Positions 44,473 to 57,269 of a stretch of 64,000 nucleotides of DNA are shown here, one piece after another. The stretch comes from Amphiscolops sp. MND2022 (taxonomy: Eukaryota), in the NCBI GenBank assembly GCA_964187785.1, contig OZ076409.1, forward strand, positions 30,692,001 through 30,756,000, given 5' to 3'. Position 1 is the first letter of the stretch. Each line of letters starts with the position of its first letter. Under the pieces are notes generated by a model. The model made no database searches. It saw only the letters and a program-made list of their open reading frames with translations, and had not been told where the DNA came from. The position numbers and the translations under genes are program-made.

Positions 44473-47400
44473 ATGGAAAGCAGCGAAGAGCAGGAAACTG
44501 TCGATCAAGAAGAAACGTTCAATGATGAGAATGGGGACGGTGATGCTCAAGATGGGACTGGTCAAGACGGAAAAAATTCGGCTGAGTTGGTGGAGAGTAG
44601 CTCAGAAATAGGAGGCAGTGACCTCGAGGACTTGGCAGACTTTGACTCTGCGTTTGTTCATCTCAGTGAAAATACAAACGCTGCAACTCACCCATCCCAG
44701 CAAAATTTTAAGAGTTCTGATCCATTCGACGAAGATGACGTGAGTGTTTCCCTTTTTTCTCAGATTAGTTTACACTATACCCGTAGAAGAATTGTTAGCT
44801 CTCTACAAGGTTTTCAGCTAAATATTATTTACTCTTTGAAGAGTACTTACTACGTGAATTTACATTAAAAACAGACGCCCGCACAATACCATCATTTTCC
44901 GCCCTGAATAATATTAGCTATAAACATTCAAAAACTTGCTCAAAAAGTTCAAACTTTCGAAGAAAATTTATTGAGCATTTTTAAATGATTTTTTTTTCAA
45001 AACTGCTTAGATACCTTCGAAAATACATTAATTTTTGTGCCTTCGAACCAGTGTATTGACTTGCTTATTGATTATCGCTTTTCGCAGAGGATCGCTTTCG
45101 CTTAAATCGCTTTTTAAAATTTTGCCTTTTCTCTTCTAGCGCATCCGGACAGTCCGCTTGTTCCACTTTTTATGCCTTACGCTTAAGATGCCATAAACCT
45201 TCAATCAAATTCAAGAAGCTCTAATTTGTGTGCAAAGTGAATTGCTCACAAGCAATTCGCTTTTTCGTACATATTTAACAGCGTTTATGTGTAAGCGGCG
45301 TTTGTATTACATCCGCTTCCGCTTATGTCGTTTTTATTGTATTTGCTCTCGCTTTCGCTTATTTAGTGCTTTCGCTCAAGCGCGTCAATACACTGCTTCG
45401 AACATTATTTTTTGGCGTTAAATTCTGTGTTTGTAAAAACGTTGCTGAGTGATCAAGTTTCATGTCCCATATGAAACAAGAGCGGAAAATGAAAGCAAGT
45501 GTTTTATATACTATCCTGTTCACGAAAATATTGACCAGGAGTTTCTATCAGTGTTTATTTCATTTGCAGGCTGATTTGAAGACACTTCTGACGAAGCCTA
45601 CATGTTTTCTGATTGTTGGAAAACCGGGCTGTGGAAAAACAACCGCTGCCAAGAAGTTGGCCAATTATTGGAGATGCCAATTAATCACGCCTTCAGATTG
45701 CCTTGAACAGGCGATCCAGCGAAAAACGCCTCTCGGAGTCAAGGTAAAAGTTGTTGATCACTAATGACTAAACTACTCTTCAGTGGAAGTGTGATCGATA
45801 TTTATTGGTTTCAACTGAAATTGAAAATTATTTTCTATGCCATTCAAGCCACTCTTTTATTTGTTCTAGGCACAACAAGCCCTACAGAAGGGCGAAATTG
45901 TTGGGGACGAAATGATCATTCAGATGATGGAAGAGCGCCTAAAATCTCCCGAATGCCAACACTATGGTTTGTTCTCAGCATTGTACATTTGGTTCATCAA
46001 AGGTTGAAGACGCAACTTATTGATGTCGTCTGTGGTCCTCTCTGGAAATGCTACCACTTTCGTTCAACAATGCAATGTATATATTTTTCAGCATTTCAAA
46101 GAAACCTGTAACAAGACGCCCGCTGAGCAGCGGGATATTTTCTGCCACAAACTGTTCTACAACGACTTGAGTTTGAGGCTCAAGAATAGCCAACGCATTA
46201 TGAAAATGAAAAAAGTTGAAAGAAAAGAAAGTTTTGATTCATTTTAGCCCATTTTTAGAACAAACACCTAATTTATGAACACGCTAAGTACCTAATTGTT
46301 TTGTTGCTGAACTATGTGTATCAGGACCTAACATACCAAATTATCAGTGGGCGCTTTTTGTCAGGAAATAGCGACTATAGTCTTTGCTTTTTTCGATAAT
46401 ACCGGATCTACCAAAAGTTCTTCAACTTTTCAAATTACTTCTCACTGCCACTTGACCACACTGCCACAATTTTCGAATCATGTTTTTTTTTACAATTTTA
46501 GGTTTTTGAGGTTTTCTGTAAAGGAAATATGTTTCCCGAGTCTCGAGGGTGACTCTGAACTGATGAGCTCTCTGAATAATTGTGGAAAATACCTCTTTTC
46601 AGCTTTTTTGGCCTCTGTCAGACTTTCCGAAACAATCATGTGGTCGAAGGGTTCGAACCCTCACTTCCAAAGCTGATTTGGGCTTGAGAAAAAGTGTTTT
46701 GCGAGCTGAAACATTTTTCGCCACTATGGGACTTTTCCGAAAAGAAAAAATGTGGTTTTTCGTTTTTCCTGTTGGGGAAAAAGTGGTTTCCGAGTCTCAG
46801 GCGTATTTTTTGGGGTAATTTTTGGCGCTGAGAAAAAGGGTAAAAGTTTTAAACTAGTATCCCTTGCAAGTTCAAGAATTTTGAGAGGGCGCCAACTTGG
46901 TCCCGGCTTGTTATATTATTGCACATAACGTCACAAGAAGTATCAAAAATTGGAAACTTTGATATTTTCGACAACTTTGGCGTCATTTTGACTAACATTT
47001 AAACATGAAAGCACAGATATCTCTTCTTAATAGCGTAATAAAAAGTTGTTTAGTTGTTGTTGACTGTTTACTCCATTCTAACCTACGAAATAGCTCGAAA
47101 ATTTTACAAAACAAATTGCAACAAAACGTCAAAAGTTTCCTGATTTTTGGGTCATTCTCAGGTTTTCTTCCTATGCGGGGAACTGCGAAAACAATTTCGT
47201 TTGGAAGGCGTACTCCATACCTAGTGATTTTGCTTGGAGCGTTTTGATTATTAAATAATTGTCAGAAGGTCGATAAAATTTTACCTTTTCAAGTAACGTT
47301 TTACGGAAGTAGTGCTGATAAACTGGTCCGATATCTTTTCGAAACACTACCGGTAGCCACACGTTTCAATCGTGATCATATGGGCTTTCTGATTGAAGAA

Positions 47401-49253
47401 AATTTTCGGAAAGGGTTCAAAATTGGGACTATGTTGTCGAAAGTTGAGAAAATTTGGAAATTTTGGAACTTTGTTGTCAAATTCGGGGAACTTCATCCCA
47501 CTTTCTTTCTTGAATTGTGTTTTGAATGCGCTATTGTTTCAGCGTTTAGGTCAATGGATGTTCTATTCTAAAAAGATTTTTGTGGTTTGAACAAAAATTG
47601 GGATTAATGTGTCAAAAAACGTGCTTTTTGTGTTTTTTTTTTGTTATGATTTTTGGGTGTTTTTGAGGTTAATGCAAAAAAAAAGATGGATGCAGGTAAA
47701 AACGCCTACTGGATTCCAGAATCAGTCGTTGTTGAGTTTTTCGAACTTTTTAATACAAGGAAGTTGCACGACACTTATACAGAGAAGTCTATAAAATTGT
47801 TGAAAACTTGAAAATTCCGATTTTTTTTGCATATTTTGGATCATTCTGAGGAAATTTTCAGCAATGAAAAGAACAATGTTCTCTTTGAAAAGCGAGCTGC
47901 GAACCTAGTTATACCATCTGGACCTTTGGAAGCTTTTATCTCAAAAGTTTTGTAATTTCAAATAAGTCACTGAAAATATCAGAAATCAGCAACATTTTTG
48001 ACTTTTTCGATATTTTGCTGTCAATTTTGAGCTAATGTCTTTAAAAGCGCACTGGATTTTGAGGTCAATCGTTGTTGAACGTTTTTTGACATTCTGACTC
48101 CAAAACATTTCAGAAAGTACACATTAGTTGCTTAAAAACGTAAGATGTTGAAATTTCTCGACTCAACTGGAGTCATTCTGAAGTATTTTTGAAGCAAACC
48201 GCTGCATTTTTCACGTTAAAAAGGGTACTGCATAGGTTATTCTTTCAATTTCTCAACGTTTTGGAACTTCTAGCCCATGCAGTCTTTTGGAAATTGTACA
48301 GAACTTGCATTAAAAACGACGAAAACTTGAAAGGTTTCGATTCTTCGACAATTTCTGGGTCAATTTGATGCATTTTTCTATTATAAATTGATAATCATAT
48401 TATAAATTGCATTTCGTCTTTTGACGAAAGCCTTCTGAAACTATGAATTCTTCCCTTGTTTAACAGTTTTGAACGTTCTAATCCACGAAGTCTATCGAAA
48501 ATTACCAAAAAGTGAGTAAAAATTAGAAAATTTTGGAATTTTTCTCTTTTTCGGCGTCAGTCCGAGACATTATTCATTTGAAAAGCAGCATTTATCTCTT
48601 CACTAAGCCTACTGGGCAACAACCTCTTTTCCTGTTGACCCTTTTCAACATTCCAATCCACGTATTCTGTCGAAAATTGGACAAAAATTGCATAAAAACG
48701 ATGAAAATCGGGAAATTTTGGAGTTTTTGTTTTTTCCGGGGTCATTATGGGGTCATTTGGTCCTGCCCAAAAAAGTCCAAACTCTCTACAAATGCATGTC
48801 GCACGAAGCTAAATTTATGCTAGTTGAATTCTGTGGGTGACACCGTTCAATTTGAATATAATTTTGGTGCTTGGCAAGTTTTGTAAAAAAAAAAGCCGTT
48901 CGATTTAAATATTTTCCTTTCCCATACGGAATATGGGCGGAAAATAATAATTCTCACTTTTTCAATTACATACAGAAGTTTTTTTATCTCGGAGATTTTT
49001 GGCGATTTCTGATAAAGTTTTTTTATTTGTTTGTTGAGCTTCATAGCTGCTCAGTGTTACTTTAGGCTACATCTTGGATGGATTCCCGTTTCTCAGCGAA
49101 GAGTACATGGCGTATTCTGATCAAATGGATCTTCTGAAGAACCTCTCGCTCAAACCTGACGTTATCATAAACCTGCGAATACCCGATATGGACTTGGTTA
49201 ATCGCAGAAGTGGCAACAAAGTGGACCCACTCACCAACATTTCCTACCCCAAG
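44473..49253 (+). CDS. AK9: Adenylate kinase 9-like gene, first four coding exons: 44473-44739, 45570-45743, 45870-45966, 49066-49253 (gene presumably continues downstream)
   Basis: GT-AG junctions keep the frame: ...SSDPFDEDD/ADLKTLLTKPTCFLIVGKPGCGKTT (P-loop)...GVK/AQQALQKGEIVGDEMIIQMMEERLKSPECQHYG/YILDGFP...LKNLSLKPDVIINLRIPDMDLVNRRSG, matching the AK9 N-terminal kinase domain as I recall it. Confidence 0.9.
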
Positions 49254-49399
49254 GTGCATTTTCAGTTCATTTAGCACTCCCTATATTGATTGGAACTTAA
49301 GCTGGGATCATCGAGTTTGTAGTGTGGCTGATGGCCGTAACACTATTGCAAGGGAAGACTTAACCACCTCTGGTTTCAAGAAAAAAGGTTTTTTGGGCC

Positions 49400-51240
49400 T
49401 ATAATAATAATAATAATGATAATTGAATTTATCTGGTGATACAAATTTGACATACAAACAACAAGTTACAATAAAAATACACCAGAAAAGACTCCCAAAG
49501 GGCTTACGCCCGCTGGAAGGGAGCCTTAGCGAATTAAAACAACAAAGTGTATGATTAACATGATTAATCATACTGAATAACCTATAGTCAAATGAGAAAA
49601 TTCTAAGTCAACAATAAAAAAAACGAGCCCGAAGAAAAGCATACAAAAGAGAACAGAAAATTACCTTCAATACTTGACATTTGGTTCATCGGCAGTGAAC
49701 GAGCTAAGCCCTAGTATCTGAAGCGATTCAACTCTCAACCAACTAAAACGCACAGAGTTATTTCGGGAAAAGCGTCAAAAAAAGGTGAAAAAATCCGAGC
49801 GACTTAATACATCATTTTGGTGAAATTTGCCGATGCAAACCCCCTCTACTTACAGCGCAATGTGCCATGTAAACTTCAGAGAGGCTTACATAGAGGACAT
49901 GGACCGTCTAACTGAGACCATGCAGGGGGAAGCATAGGCATTTAGTGGGATACTCATGGGTTAACACATGAATATTCCCCTAATGCATTCTTTTCCAAAA
50001 ATGAGAAAACTACAATAAATATAAGGTGGAGAATGATGATAGCACGGTCAATTAAAGCATTAAAAGAGGGTAGCCTAAAAGTGAACTGAATAAATGTGAA
50101 GGGCATTAAAAAAAATCCTTTAGCTTGTAGGTAGGCAATCATATGCTCAAAAAGGTTCCAAGCTCCTGAGCACAGCAAAGAAGAGGCTTCGTTAGTGTCC
50201 ACTTTGGGGACTTCATTGCTTGGCTTTCCAGCTTCACTGTCACCGTTAGCAGGGGAATCTTCACTGAAGTTCATAAACAAACCTGACAAGCTCCGTATTC
50301 CCGATTAAATAGCTTCTGAGGAACCTTTGACACGACACTTTGAGCGCGTCTTCGAAAAAGTTTCCGAGGTCATCATTTTCCGGTAAAACAGACCAATGCT
50401 TAAGTTTGTTATAAAGTCTAGGGACACGTATTGAGAGCGACTGTCGATACATTTTTTGTGGGGACAGGTTCGATCGCGAGCTCGAGTTTCTTATTCCTCA
50501 ACTAGTAATCGCTTTGGGATACAGGTTTCAGGATGTCTTTAAGGACTTGGACAGGATGACCAGTTGATAGCGAGGCCACTAGGAACTTGAACAGTTCATA
50601 GACATGGAATTCATGAACGGTAGGAAGTTTTTTTTATCAGTAGAGAGTCAACGCTTGCAAATTTCTCACGGAAGAACATAGTTCACAAAATTTTATTTTG
50701 TAATGTATATATAGGGCTGAGAATGGAAAAAGACGTACAACTGTATATCAGAACACCATATTGGATGAGTGGATTCACATGTAGTTTATAGTAAACCAGT
50801 AACTGAGATTCGGTCAGAAGATCGCGAGAACGCCTAACAGTATGATGACAAAAGTTCAACTTCTGTTTGATTTTAGCTACATGATCTTTGAAGCAGAGAA
50901 TACCGTTGATAATAACCCCCTAAATATTTCAGATTGTGCTTCATTTCAATCGCCAGTGAGCCCAAGTGCAAATCATAGTCTGACGACTTGGTAAAGATTA
51001 TGGCTTTCGATTTGTCTAGGTTGCATTTCAGCTTCTTAGACTTCATCCAATTGTCGACTTTTGATAGGGATTCAGTCAGTGTATCTTGGTTGCCGTTTAC
51101 TTTTTTTTCAAAATTATTTGTGTCGTCGGCATATTTTCGATCCAAATTCAGATGTAACTTAACGATTTCCGTTGCGAAAAAATTGGAAGACTGCTTTACA
51201 TGTAAAACTAAATTAAAATTGTCTGGAGCTGTTTTCTATT
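49400..51240 (-). mobile_element. Degenerate LINE (CR1/L2-like) reverse transcriptase 3' region
   Basis: YADDT, DNWMKSKKLKCNLDKSKAIIF and LKYLG motifs in 50873-51145; QSLSIRVPRLYNKL C-terminal motif; (ATA)n stretch near 49400. Confidence 0.8.
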
Positions 51241-51399
51241 AAATGCCTTGGAAAATCAGAGCTTACCGGCAGTTGAGGGAATGGCCTAAAAATGGCAAAT
51301 CATGATTGTTTTGTAAATCCAAAACATTTTCAGCGGAATCCGTTTATATTGAACATGGTTACACTGAATAACCGGATAAATTTGAAGACGACACCAAAA

Positions 51400-52600
51400 A
51401 ACTACAAAACCAAAACACCCAAAATGACGTCAAAACGAGAAATGACTCGACATCATGCGTACGTTTGGCCAAGTTCTTCGTCTCCTTCAGCGTCCCTGTC
51501 CGCTCAGTACGCGCAGCACGTCGCGCCAGCATCAAACATTGGGCGGCAGACATCAACGTTGGAGTGCCAGGATGGACAGACTCCAAGCCAGCTAAACAAC
51601 AAACACAAATATGTGGCAAACTCGACTACCTAACAAACAACTCAAGATGACATCAATCGAGAGAAGGGGAACGAAATTATAGAAAAAACAAACATAATAA
51701 TACAAAACGGATTAATCAAACCTTTCTCCCACTCGTTGAAGATGACGGACGGCCCCAGCCCGACAGCCGCGCGATCGTTCTGAGTCCTCAAATGCCGTAC
51801 AGATTCCTCAACACAGCTTCATTCCTGGGCGCAGGTGTATTTATGGCCTGCTCTCACCAATGAAGACATCACTCAGCCGAATAGTGAAACCCAGGCCCAA
51901 TTTCGAGGTTGGGGACTACAATACAGCAAAAATAAAAACAATGTGAGAAGATGGATCCTACCTAAATTAAACCAAATATCTACAAATACTTTGTATATAA
52001 TAAGAAGGATGACGGAATACTTACTTTCAAGTGTTCTCGATGCAGACACTGTTGGTGGCTCATAGTCGTCGCCAGAACTGTCATATAGGGTAGGCGACCT
52101 ACGAATGGTCCCAGAGATGAGAGTGGACAATCGCACCCGCCTAGCCGATCCAACACTTCCAGCAGACAGGACTCGGCTGCCACGACGCTTCTGTTTCACC
52201 TGCGATCTTGTCCTGGAAGAAGCTATGTAGTCATCATCCAGCTCATCGTCAGTCACTGTTGAAAGTAGATGTGAAAGAAACGTGTTCAAAGAACACCTAA
52301 AAAAGGCTGACCACCTATCGATTTCTATAAGAGTTTACTTTCTGCTTTGCTAAATGGTTAATATCATGACGGTCATCGCTGGTAGCAGAATGGAACGACA
52401 CCGTCTCCACACGACTCTCAACGTCATCGTCATCCACATCGTCTTTCGAATCTTTCCCGCCAAAGCAACGAAGATTGGAAACAGTAGCCCTACTCCTACC
52501 CGCCTCTCCACTTTCCTCCTTGTCACCACGTCCACTTGTCTCTTTCCCATCACGAAGCACAGACTCAACTACACACTAAGCTTCGACTTGACTTTCTAAT
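51400..52600 (-). pseudogene. Possible decayed spliced gene of unknown function
   Basis: GC-richer exon-like blocks bounded by a GTAAGT donor (52024) and pyrimidine-AG acceptors (~52258, ~51917, ~51630), with in-frame stops. Confidence 0.3.
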
Positions 52601-54521
52601 AACCCCGCATTATGACTGACTGCGATGCAGATGGTCATTATCTTCTTCTGTAACGCACATTATTTCACCCAAACAATCTGAAAGTAACAAATACTATAAC
52701 TAAGAATATAAGACGTAAGGCCATGGTAATTTTAATATCAGAAGTTATCTACTATTTTGATATTTGTTCAGTGAACCAGCTGAACAACTCAAAAGTCAAC
52801 GAAACCGCATGAACAAATTTACGAAACGCGAAATTCAATTAGTTGCATTGCAAACCGCCAATATTCAGTTCGTTAGCGAATTAAAATTTTCCAAACTCCG
52901 AATGAACAAACCAATGACGACACCTTTATTCTTGATAGAGATCAACAAGAGCAGCAGAGACAAGATCCAATTTTCCACTGCCTAGTTACCACATAATTAG
53001 TCCGTCGAGAACAGCTACTGTTTACGAAATCACCAAAACAGCGGACCTACACATGGTGCTGGTACACGAGCAGCAACCAATTATACCAAATAACGAAGAC
53101 AACAACCAAGACACGATGAAAAGATTTACAGAAGATAATCTGGTCATAGCAGATAACGTATTTTTGAGCCCCATCAGCACCCGTAGAGTCCCTTCGTCTT
53201 CTGAAGAAAGTGTTGCCACCCACTCTTGAGTGACCGCCAGCTCTCGAGGATTTTCATGCACATGCTGGGGCGTCTTCACAGGCACTGGCGTCAAGCATGA
53301 CGAATTAAGTCACTTGAGGAAGATCTCGGATTCTGGCAATTTCACAGAATCAGTGGTTCACAGTTCATATTTGTGGCTCTTTGAAGAGAACCATGCGCCG
53401 CTTCCTTCCACTGCCATTCTCCACAACTGTGCCATAGTCGTCACAGTCCCAGTTGAGCTGTGCATTTTGCCACAAAACAAGCTCAGTCTACGGAGAAGGA
53501 AAAGGGACATAGAAAGAAAGAATGAAAAGAAGGAAACAACGAACATCTGGAATATATTACAACTAATTCAAATTATTAACTTCGAAACAACGGAGCTAAA
53601 CATTTATAATAGTACTTAATTGTGATAGCTTGTTAACGAGTGCATACTTTCACACGGATTGACAGGAACAAGCACGAAGCTATAGTGAATGTTTAAACGG
53701 CGCTATGTAATTAACAATAGTTTGAAAGCACGGCCCGAGATTTATAGCGGCAGTCCCGCGTCCTAGCAAGCGGCCTGAAAAGTAAGAATCGAGACGCCGG
53801 CGTGGCAAGCGTCGTCAAATAAAAATATGCTCTGTATTGGAATTGAATCACTTATATGTTATTATTGAAGCAAATGAATACATGTAAACTTTTTCATTGC
53901 ATTTAAACTATTGTAGAAACGATGCTCAACATGTAATTGTTCTAAATACTTGAATACCTAAATACTGCTTGTGGAAATACAACCTTGTGTGAGATTCACC
54001 AGGTAGCTCAGTAGAGGAACCAGAAACAGCTAGCTTGAGAACTGAAAGTGTCACCAGCATTTCGGATAAGGATTTTTCTGAGATCTCTGAGAAAGTCGAA
54101 AAATCAATTAACAGAAGGATAAAGGAAAGAGAGACAAATCAGAAAGAGAGAGATTCTGAAAATGATAGCGAATTTGTCTTCAAAAATCGACTGTGTGTCT
54201 GGAAAGACCGCAAATGGAATAGAACGAAAGGCTGGAATAATCGACATAGAAAACATCCCGTCGACCTCTTGGTCAAGAGAGCCTGAAAACATGGCCCAAG
54301 CTGAAGGTAATTACAATGGCTTCTCTGTCAACAGATTTTTATTATTATTGATGGACTTCAACCTGAAAGGCGACATATGTTGATGCTTTTTAAATTTTTT
54401 GTGATGTCACAGCCCAACAGCTGTGTGGGAACCGGTGAGCAGCGTTGAAAAGGTAAACAGTAGTTGGATTTATTAACGTACCGTGCTAAACACGGGGGGG
54501 TTTGAAATTTTACAAAAAGTT

Positions 54522-54593
54522 TGCCAAGTCCCGGATTCGAACCGGGGACCTCACGGATGAAAATCAGGGTATCTAACCACTAGGCTATGAGGA
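54522..54593 (-). ncRNA. tRNA-Glu(TTC)-derived pseudogene / SINE head
   Basis: Reverse complement TCCTCATAGCCTAGTGGTTAGATACCCTGATTTTCATCCGTGAGGTCCCCGGTTCGAATCCGGGACTTGGCA has A-box, B-box and a good T-arm but mismatched acceptor and anticodon stems. Confidence 0.7.
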
Positions 54594-55429
54594 GGTGAAA
54601 TAACCAACTGATAACTCGATCATATTAGATATAGAATGGAATCCATCGCTGACTAGATAAATCCACGTAGTTTGCTTAAATTACTCGTGCATGAGCAACA
54701 CATCACATCTCACATGTTGTTATCCTGTGAACACTTGTAGTGTAAGACATATAGTTACATCGTCACGCAATAAAAACATGTACAGCTTTACGTGTGTATA
54801 GTTCACGCACACATACACGCACACGGATCGCTTTCCTTCATTCAAAGATAGAATGGTCACTCAAAATAAAATTCAGAATGCTCGATTTATTTATAAATTT
54901 GCTGTTTGAGGGAATTTATCTCCATTACTTTATTTATCATCATTATATCCCTGATGTCACAAGCACCTCGCTCATTCGGAACTAAGAATTTTTGTTGCAA
55001 ACTTTTTCAATTCTCATCTACGAGGTTTTTTTCTGAAATTGCTCATCTATGAGGTATTTTTCTGGAATTCCTATTCATCTATGAAGTTCGCATTAGTTTG
55101 GGAGATTTTTTGAAAATCTTTTATTTCATTTGGAGTCTTTTTCAAGTTTCTCATTCGGTTAAGCGTTTCGCATTCAAACTGCTACGAGTTCGGAAGTTTT
55201 TTGAATACTTAAATTTTGAGAGCTTTTTCAGTTTCTCAAATATTTTATTGGATCACGCTTCTATAAAATCAATGCTAACAAGATATTCTGAAGTAGTCTT
55301 AGTCTGGTATACTAGTAGTTCGCAGAAATTCGGAGATTGAAATTCTGCTCAACGTTAGCTTTTCTTTTATTGTTTACAGCTTATTATCATGACAATCAAC
55401 ACAGTCTTCCTCTTCACTCGTCTGGACTT

Positions 55430-55641
55430 CGCAAATTATTTGCACTTTTTGCGAATAACTGCTAAATTATTTGCACTTTTTGCAAATAACTGCTAGATTA
55501 TTTGCACTTTTTGCAAATAACTGCTAAATTATTTGCACTTTTTGCAAATAACTGCTAAATTATTTACACTTTTTGCAAATAACTGCTAAATTATTTACAC
55601 TTTTTGCAAATAACTGCTAAATTATTTACACTTTTTGCAAA
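55430..55641 (+). repeat. 31-bp minisatellite, about 6.5 copies
   Basis: Unit AATTATTT(G/A)CACTTTTTGCAAATAACTGCTA. Confidence 0.95.
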
Positions 55642-55824
55642 TATCTGTCCTAACCCAGAGAAACTCATGCGACCTCAAACTTTGGAAAGGCTTGAATTTC
55701 ACACCTGAAGTAGAGAGTTTAACTATTTTCGTGAAATGTTAGAACATCAAGTTCTATTTTGTTTAACTCTAAGTGATTGATTTGACGCTCGACGACTGTC
55801 CCATCAAGGTGGTTCGTTTTCTCT

Positions 55825-56019
55825 ACTTTGAAAATGAACTTAAATGTGTCGTATTTCGAAAATTCTTCTTAAGACAAAGTTCATGGGATAACTCAAAGTA
55901 AGGATTGTGACTGATCCGTATTGGATACTGACATTGGTTATTGAGCAAACATTGACCGAATTTAATTTGAAATCATATTGTTTTCGATGAAACGACACAT
56001 TTAAGTTCATTTTCAAAGT
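55825..56019. repeat. 28-bp perfect inverted repeat pair (MITE-like)
   Basis: ACTTTGAAAATGAACTTAAATGTGTCGT at 55825-55852 and its reverse complement at 55992-56019. Confidence 0.8.
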
Positions 56020-56403
56020 TAAGAATATTTGAAGAAACGTTCCCTGACCACGAATATTTGAGACCTCACCATCATCAAGGTTAGCCTCCTTTCACAAGCA
56101 AACTTAAGTAAATCATTCTGTTTTTTTTTCAACTCTTGCATACCTTATTCATTATCCAACTAAGGTTTATTTTGCTGACTTTGTGCATTTTAAGATTTGT
56201 CAAAACCTACGAAAACCAAAACAAATGAAATTAGCAGGAAGAACAAGTGATTCCAAGGTTATGAACATTTAGAAATAAACCTGGAATAGTGTTCCAAAAG
56301 CAACTCAAACTTTTGTTTCATTGAGTATCGTAAAATTAATTTTGTCTGCTTGCTTCTTTGAGATTCTTTGTTTTATTTTAGATAACTTACCATTTTTCAA
56401 GTA

Positions 56404-56955
56404 ATGGGCCCGAAACTTAAGTGCGCTGAGTACAGTTTTATCCAAAGTCAGGTATGGGATCTGTCTGGAGAAGAAATTAAAAATATGATGACGCTACCGC
56501 CATCCAAAATTCCAGTGACTACAACCGAGCCACAACCTGAACTAAAAACTGAGCTTTTGAAATGTGTACCTTTGCAGAATTTGAAGAACATCGATGGTAA
56601 AAACCAACAAAGGTTTAGATATTTAGCATGTGTAGCTGTTGCGGATGGGAAAGGATCTGTTGGAATTGGTGAGAAGATTGCTGGAACTAGAAAGTTGGCT
56701 GAGTTAAAAGCCAGAGACGCTGCTTTGCTGAACTACAGTTTTATTGGAACAAAATTAACAAAAACAATTGATGCAAAATGCCTAGAAATCTCGCTGCAAC
56801 TCTCTCCATCTCCGATAGGATCCGGTTGTACCGGTTCACCTCTCGCAAGAAAAATTATGGAAATAATTGGTATAAACGATTGTTGTATCACGGGCGGCGA
56901 TAATAGGTTATCCACTGTGAGAGCACTTGCTAAAGCTTTGAGAAAAATAAATTAA
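56404..56955 (+). CDS. Highly divergent ribosomal protein uS5 (eukaryotic RPS2)-like protein, 183 aa, intronless ORF
   Basis: LKTELLKCVPLQ..RFRYLACVAVADGKGSVGIGEK..IDAKC..LQLSPSPIGSGCTGSPLARKIMEIIGINDC parallels RPS2 [66 protein letters not shown]. Confidence 0.8.
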   Translation: MGPKLKCAEYSFIQSQVWDLSGEEIKNMMTLPPSKIPVTTTEPQPELKTELLKCVPLQNLKNIDGKNQQRFRYLACVAVADGKGSVGIGEKIAGTRKLAELKARDAALLNYSFIGTKLTKTIDAKCLEISLQLSPSPIGSGCTGSPLARKIMEIIGINDCCITGGDNRLSTVRALAKALRKIN

Positions 56956-57269
56956 TTTTTCCTTTCCTGAATATCTTTCTGTAGGACTTTCATTTGAGAG
57001 AGAGAGCGGTTTGGGTAAAATAGCGGATGTGTGAAAGGTCATCCTTGCGGTGTTTCCGATTCTACTGTTTTACCCCGGATGGTCCAGGTCTAGGATTTTT
57101 TTAATTGAGCGGTTATGACGGACACAGATGGGTAGATATAGAAATAAAAAAAAACAAGAGTGCCTACAACAACGAAGAAAGATGGTACATATTATTTTCT
57201 TTAACCAGATAATTATTATCCTGCTTCTCATTTCTCCTACATTTGATTTTCAGTTTTTAAACCCCATTA

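Noticed and set aside
46250..49000. Many short ORFs in AK9 intron 3
   Set aside because: T-rich degenerate repeat sequence; the ORFs are low-complexity and lack splice-consistent homology.
54522..54593. Functional tRNA-Glu gene
   Set aside because: Acceptor and anticodon stems do not pair properly; better explained as a SINE head or pseudogene.
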